In this document: positions 10,167 to 20,201 of the stretch, in pieces
Numbering within the stretch: position 1 is the stretch's first letter
Layout of the letters: the number at the start of each line of letters is the position of its first letter
DNA from: Lacisediminihabitans sp.
GTDB lineage: Bacteria; Actinomycetota; Actinomycetes; Actinomycetales; Microbacteriaceae
Length of the DNA stretch: 48,882 nucleotides
Assembly: GCA_039936355.1 (NCBI GenBank)
Contig: JBDTIM010000095.1
Coordinates: forward strand, 1 to 48,882
Direction: 5' to 3'
Position numbers and translations under genes: made by a program
Notes under the pieces: model-generated
The model's database searches: none
What the model saw: only the letters and a program-made list of their open reading frames with translations
Told to the model about the DNA's origin: nothing

Positions 10167-11284
10167 TAGAAGTGCCTCTCTTCCACACCGTTGTATGCCG
10201 AGAGTGGACGGATGAGTGAATTCGACGCCTGCTGTTCCATGATGTGTGCCGTCCAGCCGACGATCCGGCTGGCAACGAATAGCGGCGTGAACGTAGCGGT
10301 GTCGAAGCCCATGAGGTTGTATGCCGGGCCGCTCGGGTAGTCGAGGTTGGGCTTGATGCCCTTGTGGTCATCCATCGCCTTCTCCAGTGCGTCGTACAGG
10401 TCGCCGAGATCGTGACGGTCGAATTCTGCGACGAGAGTGTCGAGTGCGGCCTTCATAGTCGGGACGCGGGAATCACCATTCTTGTACACACGATGACCGA
10501 ACCCCATGATCTTGCGCTTGCCCGCGAGTGCGGCATCAAGCCAAGCCTCGGCCTTATCTGCCGTACCGATCTCCTCAAAAATGTGCATGACCGCCTCGTT
10601 GGCCCCGCCGTGCAGTGGCCCCTTGAGGGCACCGATCGCACCCGTCACGGCCGAGTACAGGTCGGCCATCGTTGAGGTGATGACCCGTGCGGTGAAGGTG
10701 CTCGCGTTGAAGGAATGCTCGGCGTACAGGATCATCGAGATGTCGAACGCGTTGACGACCGCTAACTCTGGGACCTCACCGAAGGTCATGTGCAGCAGGT
10801 TCGCCGAGAATCCGAGGTCTTCCCGAGGCTCGACCAGCTGTTCACCGCGACGACGACGCTGGTCGTAGGCGACGATGCTTGGCAGCTGTGCGAGCAGATA
10901 GATCGCGCGGCCCTCGTTGAGCTTGGGGTCGGAGATTCCATCTGGCTCATTCAGGGTGGCATCGGTGGCGCCGATCACACTGACCGCGGTGCGCACGACA
11001 TCCATCGGATGCGCCGTCAGCGGCAGTTCGTCGATGATGCGCTTGGTGCGCGGATCGAGCGGACGAAGTGAGCGCTCCAGAGTCTCGAACTCGTCGAGTT
11101 GCGTCGGCGTGGGAAGTTCGCCGTGCCAGAGCAGATAGGCGACCTCCTCGAAGGTGCAGTGCTCGGCCAACTCCTGCACTGGGTATCCGCGATACAGCAG
11201 AGAATTGCTCGCGGGGTTGACTTTGGAGATCGCCGTGTAGTCGACGACCACCCCGGCAAGGCCCTTGTGGATTTCTTCGCTCAT
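10166..11284 (-). CDS. prpC: 2-methylcitrate synthase/citrate synthase
   Basis: GLAGV, LYAEHSFNASTF, GPLHGGANE, MGFGHRVYK, PNLDY. Lies in an operon with prpB and prpD. Confidence 0.93.
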   Translation of the reverse strand: MSEEIHKGLAGVVVDYTAISKVNPASNSLLYRGYPVQELAEHCTFEEVAYLLWHGELPTPTQLDEFETLERSLRPLDPRTKRIIDELPLTAHPMDVVRTAVSVIGATDATLNEPDGISDPKLNEGRAIYLLAQLPSIVAYDQRRRRGEQLVEPREDLGFSANLLHMTFGEVPELAVVNAFDISMILYAEHSFNASTFTARVITSTMADLYSAVTGAIGALKGPLHGGANEAVMHIFEEIGTADKAEAWLDAALAGKRKIMGFGHRVYKNGDSRVPTMKAALDTLVAEFDRHDLGDLYDALEKAMDDHKGIKPNLDYPSGPAYNLMGFDTATFTPLFVASRIVGWTAHIMEQQASNSLIRPLSAYNGVEERHF

Positions 11285-11316
11285 GTCAGTCCTTCGTGGT
11301 GTCGCGGTCGATGGTT

Positions 11317-12228
11317 TCAGCGCGCCTTGTTGGAGTCGAGCGTGAAGTTGAACACGCCAGAGTCAAATGTGCCATACGCCTCATAGTCCAGCAGTTCGTA
11401 GAGGCGAGCGCGAGTTTGCATCGCACCAACGGATTCCTGCTGGGTACCCTGCGATGCGATGAGATCGAGCGTACGCTCGGCCGCCCCCATCGCGCTGCGC
11501 AGAAGGGTGACGGGGTAGATGACGATGTTCACGCCGACGTCGGCGAGCTGCTGGGTGGTGAAGAGTTCGCTCTTCCCAAACTCCGTCATATTGGCGAGGA
11601 TCGGCACGTCCACGACCGCTCTCACGGCCTCAAACTCGGCCAGATCGCGCATCGCTTCTGGAAAGATCGCGTCTGCTCCGGCATCCACGAGTGCCTTCGC
11701 ACGATCTAGTGCGGACGCCATACCGTCTACCGCGCGGATGTCGGTGCGCGCCATGATGAGCAGGTTCGGATCGCGCCTGGCTTCCGCCGCAGCCCGGATG
11801 CGCTTGGTTGCCGTGCCTTCGTCCACGACGGCCTTGCCGTCCAGGTGGCCGCATCTCTTGGGATTCACCTGGTCTTCGATATGCAGACCGGTCACTCCGG
11901 CGTTCTCCAGCTCCTGCACGGTGCGGGCGACATTCATCGGCTCTCCGAAGCCTGTATCCGCGTCGACGAGGGTCGGCAGCGAGGTCATCCGATTGATCTG
12001 CTGGGCGCGGCTGGCCACCTCGGTGAGGGTGGTGAGGCCGATGTCCGGCAGTCCGAGGTCTGCAGAGATCACGGCACCGGAAATGTAGACGCCCTCGAAG
12101 CCCTTGTCCTCGATGAGCTTCGCGCTCAACGGGTTGAACGCCCCCGGGTAACGAAGCAGTTGCCCCGTTGCCAGGTGCTCACGTAGCAGTTGACGTTTTG
12201 TGGCGGGCGTGATGTGCGAATACAGCAT
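11317..12228 (-). CDS. prpB: Methylisocitrate lyase
   Basis: DADTGFG, HIEDQ, KRCGHL, ARTD, ANMTEFGKS. Confidence 0.95.
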   Translation of the reverse strand: MLYSHITPATKRQLLREHLATGQLLRYPGAFNPLSAKLIEDKGFEGVYISGAVISADLGLPDIGLTTLTEVASRAQQINRMTSLPTLVDADTGFGEPMNVARTVQELENAGVTGLHIEDQVNPKRCGHLDGKAVVDEGTATKRIRAAAEARRDPNLLIMARTDIRAVDGMASALDRAKALVDAGADAIFPEAMRDLAEFEAVRAVVDVPILANMTEFGKSELFTTQQLADVGVNIVIYPVTLLRSAMGAAERTLDLIASQGTQQESVGAMQTRARLYELLDYEAYGTFDSGVFNFTLDSNKAR

Positions 12229-13736
12229 TAGAAGATCCCTTTCGATGACGCGGGGAACGGTGTCGCTGGTGCAACGGTGAGTCCACCCAATTCTGCTGCA
12301 CCCAGCTCAGGAAGTCGCTGGACTGTGTCGAGAAAGCGATCGATCTCCGCCTGATCGAGCACGCCATCCGCGAGGCTTACGAACTTGCCAATGTACTGTT
12401 CGCGCGTGAACGGGCGGGCGCCAAGCGGATGGGCGTCGGCAACCGCAATCTCGTCGACGATGCGGGTTCCGTCCGCGAGATCGATCTCTACTCGACCTCC
12501 GAAGGCCTTCTCCTTCGGATCGAGTGAGTGGTAGCGGCGAGTCCACTCGGCGTCTTCCTCAGTCGTGACCTTGTGCCACAGCGCGACGGTGTCCGCTCGT
12601 GCGGCGCGCTCCGGTGCGTACGAGCGCACGTGATGCCACTCGCCATCCTGCAGCGCGACCGCAAAGATATACGGGATCGAGTGATCGAGAGTCTCGCGGC
12701 TCGCCGTGGGGTCATACTTCTGAGGATCGTTCGCGCCAGAGCCGATCACGTAATGGGTGTGATGACTGGTGTGCAGCACTGCCCTGGTGACGTTTGCCGG
12801 GTCCCGCAGTTCCGGATGCTGCTGCCCGAGTTTGCGCGCGAGGTCAATCCAGGCCTGCGCCTGATACTCGGCCGAGTGCTCCTTCGTGTAGCTGTCGAGA
12901 ATGGCACGCTTGGCTTCGCCGCGCTCCGGAAGTGGAACTTCGTAGCGGGCGTCTGGGCCGTCGAGCAGCCAGGCGATCACGCCGTCCTCACCCTCGTAGA
13001 TCGGGGTCGGGCTGGTCTGGCCGCGCATCGCCCGGTCGACAGCCTCGATGGCCATTTTTCCTGCGAAAGCCGGAGCGTACGCCTTCCAACTTGAGATCTC
13101 GCCCTTGCGTGACTGGCGCGTGGCGGTCGTGACGTGAAGCGCCTGACCAATGGCTTGGAAAATCGTCGCCGTATCGAGGCCGAGCAAAGTACCGATGCCT
13201 GCTGCCGCACTCGGACCGAGGTGTGCGACGTGGTCGATCTTGTGTGCGTGCAGGGTGATCGCCTTCACAAGATCGATTTGGATCTCGTAGCCTGTGGCGA
13301 TCCCTCGAATGAGTTCGTGCCCGCTCTTGCCCAGATGTTGGGCCACAGCCAGGATCGGCGGGATGTTGTCGCCTGGGTGCGAATACTCCGCGGCAAGGAA
13401 AGTGTCGTGATAGTCGAGTTCACGAACGGCGACTCCATTGGTCCAGGCCGCCCACTCCGGGCTGTGCCTGCCGTCGACCCCGAACACCGTGGAGCCTGCC
13501 CCGCCCACAGAAACCGGATGCGCCTCGGCCTGCGCCCGTGCGGCGAGCGCAGACGCGCGGCCGAGCGACGCAGTGGCAACTGCCGCGTTGTCGATGATGC
13601 GGTTGATGACCATTTCGGCCACCTCATCCGTCACCTCAACGGCATCTGTGGCGACCTCCGCGATCTTCCATGCGAGCTGATCCTCGCGGGCGAGGCTTTC
13701 GTCACTCTTGTACACACGAACTGTGGTGGTTTTCAT
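12228..13736 (-). CDS. prpD: 2-methylcitrate dehydratase (MmgE/PrpD)
   Basis: [33 protein letters not shown]. The ATG at 13736 has an AGAGGA RBS; the longer ORF from 13859 overlaps the GntR gene. Confidence 0.92.
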   Translation of the reverse strand: MKTTTVRVYKSDESLAREDQLAWKIAEVATDAVEVTDEVAEMVINRIIDNAAVATASLGRASALAARAQAEAHPVSVGGAGSTVFGVDGRHSPEWAAWTNGVAVRELDYHDTFLAAEYSHPGDNIPPILAVAQHLGKSGHELIRGIATGYEIQIDLVKAITLHAHKIDHVAHLGPSAAAGIGTLLGLDTATIFQAIGQALHVTTATRQSRKGEISSWKAYAPAFAGKMAIEAVDRAMRGQTSPTPIYEGEDGVIAWLLDGPDARYEVPLPERGEAKRAILDSYTKEHSAEYQAQAWIDLARKLGQQHPELRDPANVTRAVLHTSHHTHYVIGSGANDPQKYDPTASRETLDHSIPYIFAVALQDGEWHHVRSYAPERAARADTVALWHKVTTEEDAEWTRRYHSLDPKEKAFGGRVEIDLADGTRIVDEIAVADAHPLGARPFTREQYIGKFVSLADGVLDQAEIDRFLDTVQRLPELGAAELGGLTVAPATPFPASSKGIF

Positions 13737-13749
13737 GGGGTCCTCTGGA

Positions 13750-14472
13750 TCAGGCCGACCGCGGGAGGCGATCAGCGTTGGTATTGGAACTTGTGTCGGT
13801 ATTGGCGCCGGCATGGATTGTGGTGTCGGAATTGTGAAAGTGGGAGGTCGCCAGCGCATTCTCTAGCGCGCGATACAGGTGCACATGTGTGGCATGAGCT
13901 GCCAACTCTGGGTCGCGGGCGATGATTGCCTGGACGATCATGAGGTGCTCGGCGGCGGCGCTGCGCAGGCGTGCCGCGTCATCCTTAGCGTGACGACGGA
14001 TGCGGACGAGGTGCGTCCGCAGGCCACGCATTGCCGTCACCAGGTACGGGTTTGCGACCGCGTCATCCAGTGCTTCATCGAAGCGCCGGACGAGATCGTA
14101 GTAGGCATGACGGCCAGGATCGGTCTCGCTGATGAGGTTCGGCGCCGACAGGAATTCCCGCTCAATCGCGACGAAGACGTCGACCCGACCGCGCTCTGCC
14201 GCGAGTCTCGCCGCCTGCTCTTCCAGCGCCCTGCGCACTTCAAAGAGTTCCCGGATGTTGGCGATCGAGACGTCGGTGACCACAAGGCCGCGCCCGGCCT
14301 GCGTCGCTACAAGCCCATCCGCGGTCAGTCTGGCGAGAGCTTCGCGAAGCGGAGTGCGCGAGACTCCCAGTCTGAGCGATTGTTCAACCTCTGCCAGGAC
14401 GCTGCCGGGGGGAAGCTCCCAGTCAATGATCTCGTCGCGCAGTGTTGTGTAGGCGCGGTCGCTGGCTTTCAC
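13750..14472 (-). CDS. GntR (FadR/FCD) family transcriptional regulator of the prp operon
   Basis: [18 protein letters not shown] domain with EH..I...I..RD...A. GGAG RBS before the GTG start. Confidence 0.9.
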   Translation of the reverse strand: MKASDRAYTTLRDEIIDWELPPGSVLAEVEQSLRLGVSRTPLREALARLTADGLVATQAGRGLVVTDVSIANIRELFEVRRALEEQAARLAAERGRVDVFVAIEREFLSAPNLISETDPGRHAYYDLVRRFDEALDDAVANPYLVTAMRGLRTHLVRIRRHAKDDAARLRSAAAEHLMIVQAIIARDPELAAHATHVHLYRALENALATSHFHNSDTTIHAGANTDTSSNTNADRLPRSA

Positions 14473-14489
14473 AACTCACTCCTCGTCTA

Positions 14490-14559
14490 TGTATACACAG
14501 GTCGGTCTATTTTGAACTCCACGCCCGACGCAACGCAATACTTTCATTGATTGTATACA
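14490..14559. promoter_or_regulatory. Two TGTATACA palindromes, putative GntR/FadR operators
   Basis: TGTATACA at 14490-14497 and 14552-14559, directly upstream of the GntR-prpDBC operon. Fits the GT-N-AC type FadR-family operator. Confidence 0.6.
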
Positions 14560-14651
14560 CAATGCCCTACTTCGCTCTTGTCTCCAGCAATTAAGCCGCC
14601 ACACGGCAAGCCGCAACGGCTCAGCGGCATTCTGATGGTATTTCAGACATT

Positions 14652-14668
14652 GTTTCTATTAGCGGAAC
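14652..14668. promoter_or_regulatory. Putative IclR operator
   Basis: GTTTC-TATTAGC-GGAAC. Confidence 0.65.
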
Positions 14669-14795
14669 GGGTGTTGTGAGCCCTTGAGCTGTGAAGAGAA
14701 TAACAAGTTGGACACCTTTCCCTTATATTCATTGCTTCCTGAAGAAAGTGCTTGACCGTTGCACTACGGCTGTGACACCCTCAAGTACCAAGGAT

Positions 14796-14812
14796 GTTTC
14801 GCTGACGAGAAC
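14796..14812. promoter_or_regulatory. Putative IclR operator
   Basis: GTTTC-GCTGACG-AGAAC, about 15 nt downstream of a possible TTGACC-N18-CACCCT promoter (14752-14781). Confidence 0.55.
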
Positions 14813-14896
14813 GGCCTGTTAGACGACCGCACGCTGACGCGATGTACCTGAGCAGCCGCGGACTTCGCGCGCTGCCGCCCGAAAGGAGCAATTCAC

Positions 14897-16159
14897 GTGA
14901 TAGGTAAGAAGCCACTCGCGGCCTGCGCCATAGTCCTGGGGTTGACGCTGGTCCTCGCTGCCTGCTCAGGCACCACCGCCACCCCATCAGACAACACGCA
15001 TAAGGATCCGATCAAGATTGGATTCCTCGGAACTCTCACAGGCGGTTCGGCCGACGTTGGCCAGACCGGACTGGATGGTGCCCACATCGCCATTGAAGAA
15101 ATCAACGAAAAGGGCGGAATCGACGGACATCTGCTAGAGATCGTCACAAAGGACGAACAGCTTTCGCCGGCGCAGACAGTGAAGGCAATGCGCGAGTTGG
15201 CGCAAGAGGGCGTCAAATACGTCACCGGGTTCACCAGTAGCGCAGACGTAATCGCCGCCACTCCGATCGCAGAGCAGAACGGAATGGTGATCATCACCGC
15301 TGGTGCTACGAGCACCGCGTTGACCACAACGAACTTCAGCAAGAACCTGTTCGAGGTCGCATCGAACACGTCGATGATGAACGCCGCAGCAGCGCAGCTC
15401 GTGGCCACAAAGTGGAAGGACGTCAAGGAATGGCAGAACGTGGGCTTCGACTACGTCACTGGGCACGGCTCATGGGACGAGTTCCAAGCACTTGCCAAGA
15501 AGGCAAACCCCACTGTGAAGTTCGGACAGGCGGTTTTCTATCCCCTGGCTGGCGGACAGCTGAGCGCCTACATCACCTCGCTCACCGGCACTAATCCCAG
15601 CAAGACCGACACCGGGTTGTTCGTGACCACCTTCGGCGGTGGCGCAGTAACATTCGCGAAGCAAGCGGAACCGTACAAACTCTTCGATAAGTACGCCGTG
15701 GTCGCAAACGTCGGCGGTGGAGAAGAACTCGCCGCGGCCCTCGGCGCGGACAGCCCTCGCATCTACTACGTCCACGACTACTTCTACGGTGCGTATGACA
15801 ATGCGATCAACAAGAACCTGATCGCAAAGTGGAAAGAGCGCCCGAAGGTCGGTCCGAAGACGCACGGTCCACACTCTTGGCTGTACGAGGGATACACGGC
15901 CACGATTGCGTTTGCCACCGCTATGCAGAAGGCCAAGTCGTCTGATGCTAAGAAGGTGCTTAAAGTGCTGCCGGGCATGAAGTTCGACACTGCGATGGGA
16001 CCGGCATATTTCAGGGCAGAGGACCACATCCTCTTCGCACCGGTCACCGCGGTTGAGTGCTTCGGCGATGCTGCCTCGGAGTTCGGATACAAGTGTGAGA
16101 ACGCTACGTCTGTTCCTGCGAAGGACGTCGTTCCCGCTCCTAATCCAACCAAAAAGTAG
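14897..16159 (+). CDS. ABC transporter substrate-binding lipoprotein, LivK/HAAT type
   Basis: GAAAGGAG RBS, lipobox LAAC, IKIG..LTG..A..G, INxxGGIxG. Confidence 0.9.
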   Translation: MIGKKPLAACAIVLGLTLVLAACSGTTATPSDNTHKDPIKIGFLGTLTGGSADVGQTGLDGAHIAIEEINEKGGIDGHLLEIVTKDEQLSPAQTVKAMRELAQEGVKYVTGFTSSADVIAATPIAEQNGMVIITAGATSTALTTTNFSKNLFEVASNTSMMNAAAAQLVATKWKDVKEWQNVGFDYVTGHGSWDEFQALAKKANPTVKFGQAVFYPLAGGQLSAYITSLTGTNPSKTDTGLFVTTFGGGAVTFAKQAEPYKLFDKYAVVANVGGGEELAAALGADSPRIYYVHDYFYGAYDNAINKNLIAKWKERPKVGPKTHGPHSWLYEGYTATIAFATAMQKAKSSDAKKVLKVLPGMKFDTAMGPAYFRAEDHILFAPVTAVECFGDAASEFGYKCENATSVPAKDVVPAPNPTKK

Positions 16160-16193
16160 ACCGCTCATTCGCATCAGGATGCCCGATCACAAC

Positions 16194-16232
16194 GTGTCCG
16201 GGGACTTCGGCAAAGCCGAGGTTCCCGGACAC
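16194..16232 (+). terminator. Intercistronic stem-loop (mRNA stabiliser or partial terminator)
   Basis: 18-bp stem GTGTCCGGGGACTTCGGC-AAA-GCCGAGGTTCCCGGACAC (2 G:U pairs) between the binding-protein and permease genes; no U-tract. Confidence 0.7.
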
Positions 16233-16252
16233 CGGGAAAGGGGACTAAACCG

Positions 16253-17134
16253 ATGAACGTTTTACCTTCGATCGTCTCCGGACTCGGCGATGGCATGCTG
16301 CTTTTTCTTATCGCGAGCGGCTTGAGCGTAATTTTCGGGGCGATGCGGTTTCTCAATTTCGCCCACGGAGCCTTCTTTGCTATTGGTGGCTACCTGACGT
16401 ACAACATCCTGAGCAGCCTGCAGCTAACTCCGGTCCTTCTCATCGGGGGCGCACTGCTGGCGGGCCTGGGCGTTGCCGCACTCGCTTACATAAGCGAGGT
16501 CGTAGTTTTTCGTCGCCTCTACAAGCTGCCACCGATCGACTCTCTGCTGGGCACCTACGCCCTCCTATTACTTCTCGAGGGCGCAATTCTCGTCGTCTGG
16601 GGACCGAATTCGCTGTCGGTGCCGTATCCCAAGGGTCTCAACAGCACAGTGCGGATCGGGTCGGTCGACGTTCCGCAGTACAGCCTTTTGCTTATTGCCG
16701 TTGGTGTCATCGTGGTTGTGGCAATGTCTTTCCTGCTGTACAAGACTTCGCTGGGACTGGAAGTTCGCGCGCTGGCGGAAGACCGTCCCATGACACAGCT
16801 CCTCGGTGTAAATATCTCCAGGGTCTCCGCGAAAGTGATGCTGATTGGCGGCTTTCTAGCTGGCATCGGCGGCGCGTTGGCGACCCCGACAATCGCCTTG
16901 ACGCCCGATCTGGCGACGTCATTTATCATCCAGGCGTTCGCAGTCGTCGTAGTCGGCGGTCTGGGGAGCTTCTATGGCGCTCTCATCGCCGCAGTCGTGC
17001 TGGGAGTGACGCAAAGCATCGTCGTGACCTACATCCCCAGCGTCTCCGGAATCGCCTTCTACGCGACCATGTTTGCGATTCTCCTGTTCCGCCCGCAAGG
17101 CATCCTTGGAAAGTCGAGCGTGGAGATCTCATGA
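16253..17134 (+). CDS. Branched-chain amino acid-type ABC permease (LivH-like)
   Basis: LIASGLSVIFG..LNFAHG, VVVGGLGS, RPQGILG. Confidence 0.9.
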   Translation: MNVLPSIVSGLGDGMLLFLIASGLSVIFGAMRFLNFAHGAFFAIGGYLTYNILSSLQLTPVLLIGGALLAGLGVAALAYISEVVVFRRLYKLPPIDSLLGTYALLLLLEGAILVVWGPNSLSVPYPKGLNSTVRIGSVDVPQYSLLLIAVGVIVVVAMSFLLYKTSLGLEVRALAEDRPMTQLLGVNISRVSAKVMLIGGFLAGIGGALATPTIALTPDLATSFIIQAFAVVVVGGLGSFYGALIAAVVLGVTQSIVVTYIPSVSGIAFYATMFAILLFRPQGILGKSSVEIS

Positions 17135-17150
17135 ACGGAGAAATACTGCC

Positions 17151-18182
17151 ATGAGTCGCAAACTCACAAACACACCAGCGACCGGCGGCCCCCGATCATG
17201 GTTGAGGCGGCTCACCACCGATGGTCTATGGCAAAAAGTACTGTGGATCGCGGTGGCGGTGATCGGCATCGCCTACGTGGTGGCGCAATTCACGTCTGAG
17301 AATCCACCCAGCTTCTTCATCGAGATCGTACTCATTCAGGTGCTCTACGCGATGAGTGTGAATATTCTCATCGGCTACGCGCATCTGCCTTCGTTCGGTC
17401 AAGCTGCATTTTTTGGGACTGGTGCCTACGCAGCTGCGTTAACTATTCAAGGCGTGCCGCTGTATGCCTCACTGTTCCTTGCGGTGGCTGTGGCCGGAAT
17501 TCTGGCCCTTCTGCTCGGACTACTCGCCGTCAGGACGAGCGGCATCACGTTCGCGAACGTCACCCTTGCCTTTGGCCAGATGCTCTATCTGATCGCCGCC
17601 AACACCAATCTGGTCGGTGGCGAAAACGGACTCCTGGCAAGCCTGCCCAGTGAGGTGTCACCACAGAGCTTCTGGCTGGTCATCGTCGCGTGCGTTACCG
17701 TCGGCTGTGCCGTGGTGTGGTGGATGTTCCGCACGCCTGCTGGGGAGACGATCCTGGCCATCCGCGACAACCCGGAACGGGCAAGCTCACTCGGAATCTC
17801 TACGTTCCGTTATCGACTTACAGCCTTTGTTGTCGCGGGTGCTCTTGCCGGATTGGCCGGGGCACTGTACGCCTTCGCTACCGGGATAGTCACTGCCGAC
17901 ACCCTCTATTGGACGCGATCCGGGGAGCCCATCATTATGTGCCTGCTCGGTGGATCCAAAAAGTTCTTTGGTCCCGTTATCGGCGCGATCGCCTTGACAA
18001 CTCTCCTGCAGCAGGTGGGCCAAGGCTCAACCAGCTATCTCATCTATGTCGGCGGAATCCTGTTGGTTGTCTTGATCCTTCTGCCGCAGGGTCTTCTCAG
18101 CATCCCGGCGCGCATTCGACAGATAGCATCCAGATGGAACGGATCCGGACCACGTGACTCCAAGAGAGCTGCCACCCTATGA
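17151..18182 (+). CDS. Branched-chain amino acid-type ABC permease (LivM-like)
   Basis: SFGQAAFFG.GAY, GGENG, AIRDN..RA..LG, LLGG..F.GP. The ATG at 17151 follows GGAG. Confidence 0.88.
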   Translation: MSRKLTNTPATGGPRSWLRRLTTDGLWQKVLWIAVAVIGIAYVVAQFTSENPPSFFIEIVLIQVLYAMSVNILIGYAHLPSFGQAAFFGTGAYAAALTIQGVPLYASLFLAVAVAGILALLLGLLAVRTSGITFANVTLAFGQMLYLIAANTNLVGGENGLLASLPSEVSPQSFWLVIVACVTVGCAVVWWMFRTPAGETILAIRDNPERASSLGISTFRYRLTAFVVAGALAGLAGALYAFATGIVTADTLYWTRSGEPIIMCLLGGSKKFFGPVIGAIALTTLLQQVGQGSTSYLIYVGGILLVVLILLPQGLLSIPARIRQIASRWNGSGPRDSKRAATL

Positions 18183-18934
18183 ATGAGCCGATACCCGCGC
18201 TCAGTATCGAGGGCGTCAGCAAACGTTACGGCGGCAACCTCGCCGTCAGTAACGTGAGTTTCACCCTGCCGCAGTCCAGTATTTACGCGGTGATTGGGCC
18301 AAACGGCGCTGGAAAGAGCACGCTGTTCGGGGTCATTGCCGGGCAATATCCTGCGGATGAAGGCAAAATTCTCCTGAACGGCCGAGACGTCACCAAACAC
18401 AAGGCACGAGCCAGAGCCAGAGATGGGATTTCACGCGCTTTCCAGGTGGCTCACGTTTTCACATCACGGACCGTGGAGGAGAACGTTCGCATTGCGCTCC
18501 TCGCGGCCCGTCGCCAATCACATGTGTTTTGGGCAGCGGCGTCGCGTCAGGTGTCACCGGACGATGTTGCAGTCCTGTTGGATCAGGTCAAGCTGAGTCG
18601 ACTCACGAATCGCGAGGCAGGCGAGCTGTCGCAGGGAGACCGCAAGAAGCTCGAGATCGCGATGGGCCTGGCGTCCCATCCGACTTTGCTTCTGCTGGAT
18701 GAACCCACGGCTGGCATGACCCCGGACGAGACAGTAACCGTTATTGATCTAGTGGCCAGCGTTCAAAAGTCGAGTGGGTGTTCGGTCCTGATCACTGAGC
18801 ATGACATGAAGGTGGTATTTGGCCTTGCAGAACAGATAGTTGTTCTTTCGGGTGGTGCCGTGCTCGTACAGGGCACACCCGAAGAAATCCGAAACAACAG
18901 CGACGTCAAGGCGGTGTATCTCGGTGGCCGATGA
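18179..18934 (+). CDS. ABC ATP-binding protein (LivG-like)
   Basis: GPNGAGKST, LLLLDEPTAG, EHDM, VYLG. Confidence 0.92.
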   Translation: MNEPIPALSIEGVSKRYGGNLAVSNVSFTLPQSSIYAVIGPNGAGKSTLFGVIAGQYPADEGKILLNGRDVTKHKARARARDGISRAFQVAHVFTSRTVEENVRIALLAARRQSHVFWAAASRQVSPDDVAVLLDQVKLSRLTNREAGELSQGDRKKLEIAMGLASHPTLLLLDEPTAGMTPDETVTVIDLVASVQKSSGCSVLITEHDMKVVFGLAEQIVVLSGGAVLVQGTPEEIRNNSDVKAVYLGGR

Positions 18935-18938
18935 TGGA

Positions 18939-19742
18939 ATGCTCCTCGCCGATGGCTCCGCGGAACCTTTTCCCGCGTCGGGAGCGACCAAGTTGCCACG
19001 CGGCAAGCGCCAGAAGCCGACCACCGTGGGTTCATCGGCTTTGAGCATCAGTGGGTTGCACGCCTACTACGGCACGGCCCACGTATTGCACGGCGTGGAC
19101 TTCGAAGCAAACGCTGGTTCGGCGGTCGCGGTGCTTGGGCGCAACGGCGCAGGCAAGTCCACGATGCTGAAATCCATCGCAGGCACTGCCGATGTCACCC
19201 GAATCGGAGTGGTTCAGATCGGCGACACGGAATTGCAGGGCATGCGGGCTGACCAGGTAGCGCGCTGTGGCGTGCAACTGGTTCCCGAAGACCGTCGGGT
19301 TTTCGCAGGTCTTTCGGTGAGAGAGAATCTCGATCTCGCCGCGCGCGGGGCGCATGTCGCGCGCGGGGTCGACTATGTGGCGCGAATTCTTACTGTGTTT
19401 CCCGAAATGGAGGCGTTTCTGGGTTCAGGCGGAGGGGAACTCAGTGGTGGTCAGCAGCAGATGGTTGCCGTGGCCCGCGCTCTCGTCGGCGAACCGCGAC
19501 TTCTCCTTTTGGACGAGCCGTCCACTGGGCTCGCGCCAGTCGTCGTCGATCGACTGCTGGAGTCATTACAGAAGTTGCGCTCGTTCGGCGCCACGATGCT
19601 GGTCGCTGAACAGAACGTGAACTTCGCGCTGGAGGTTTGCGACGAAGTGGTGATTTTGGAGAAGGGCATGCCTGTCTTCCGCGGAACCAAAGCGGAGGTC
19701 AACAGCAATCCCGAACTGAAGAAAGCCTATTTGGAAGTGTAA
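18939..19742 (+). CDS. ABC ATP-binding protein (LivF-like)
   Basis: GRNGAGKST, VPEDR, LSGGQQQM, LLLDEPS, EQN. Start placed at the in-frame ATG just after the previous stop. Confidence 0.9.
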   Translation: MLLADGSAEPFPASGATKLPRGKRQKPTTVGSSALSISGLHAYYGTAHVLHGVDFEANAGSAVAVLGRNGAGKSTMLKSIAGTADVTRIGVVQIGDTELQGMRADQVARCGVQLVPEDRRVFAGLSVRENLDLAARGAHVARGVDYVARILTVFPEMEAFLGSGGGELSGGQQQMVAVARALVGEPRLLLLDEPSTGLAPVVVDRLLESLQKLRSFGATMLVAEQNVNFALEVCDEVVILEKGMPVFRGTKAEVNSNPELKKAYLEV

Positions 19743-19768
19743 GAACAAGAAAACTAAGGAGCAGATTC

Positions 19769-20191
19769 ATGATGAAGAGTGCCGAAATTGACATCGTCGA
19801 CGACTATCTGAGGTTGTGTGAAGAGCGGAATCTCGACGAAGCCGCGAAGTACCTCGCGGATGACGCGAAATTGACGTTCCCCGGAGGTGTCGTCTTCACC
19901 AACCTGCCTTCGATGGTTGCCGACGCGGGACAACGCTACCCTCGAGTCCAGAAACACCGCACGGAATTCATCGTCGGCAATCGCGCAAGCGATGGTGAGA
20001 CCGTGTGTATCTCGACCGGAACCCTGGACGGAGAAACTCTCTGGGGCACCAGCTTTACGGGAGTGCGCTATATCGACATGTTCATCATCCGTGACGGACT
20101 GATCCACGAGCAGTATGTCTGGAATGATCTCTCTGAAACCGGAGTCGCCCCTCTTCTCGTTCAGCGCCTCGCACAGGGCAGCGCGTCGTGA
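19769..20191 (+). CDS. NTF2/SnoaL-like family protein
   Basis: AAGGAG RBS; about 140 aa; GTLxG...F.GVRYID.F...DG.I..Q.VWND pattern. Confidence 0.8.
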   Translation: MMKSAEIDIVDDYLRLCEERNLDEAAKYLADDAKLTFPGGVVFTNLPSMVADAGQRYPRVQKHRTEFIVGNRASDGETVCISTGTLDGETLWGTSFTGVRYIDMFIIRDGLIHEQYVWNDLSETGVAPLLVQRLAQGSAS

Positions 20192-20201
20192 CTGCCTTGC
20201 G

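Noticed and set aside
13737-13859. Pro/Thr-rich N-terminal extension of PrpD
   Set aside because: It is another frame of the low-complexity GntR tail; the ATG at 13736 has a good RBS.
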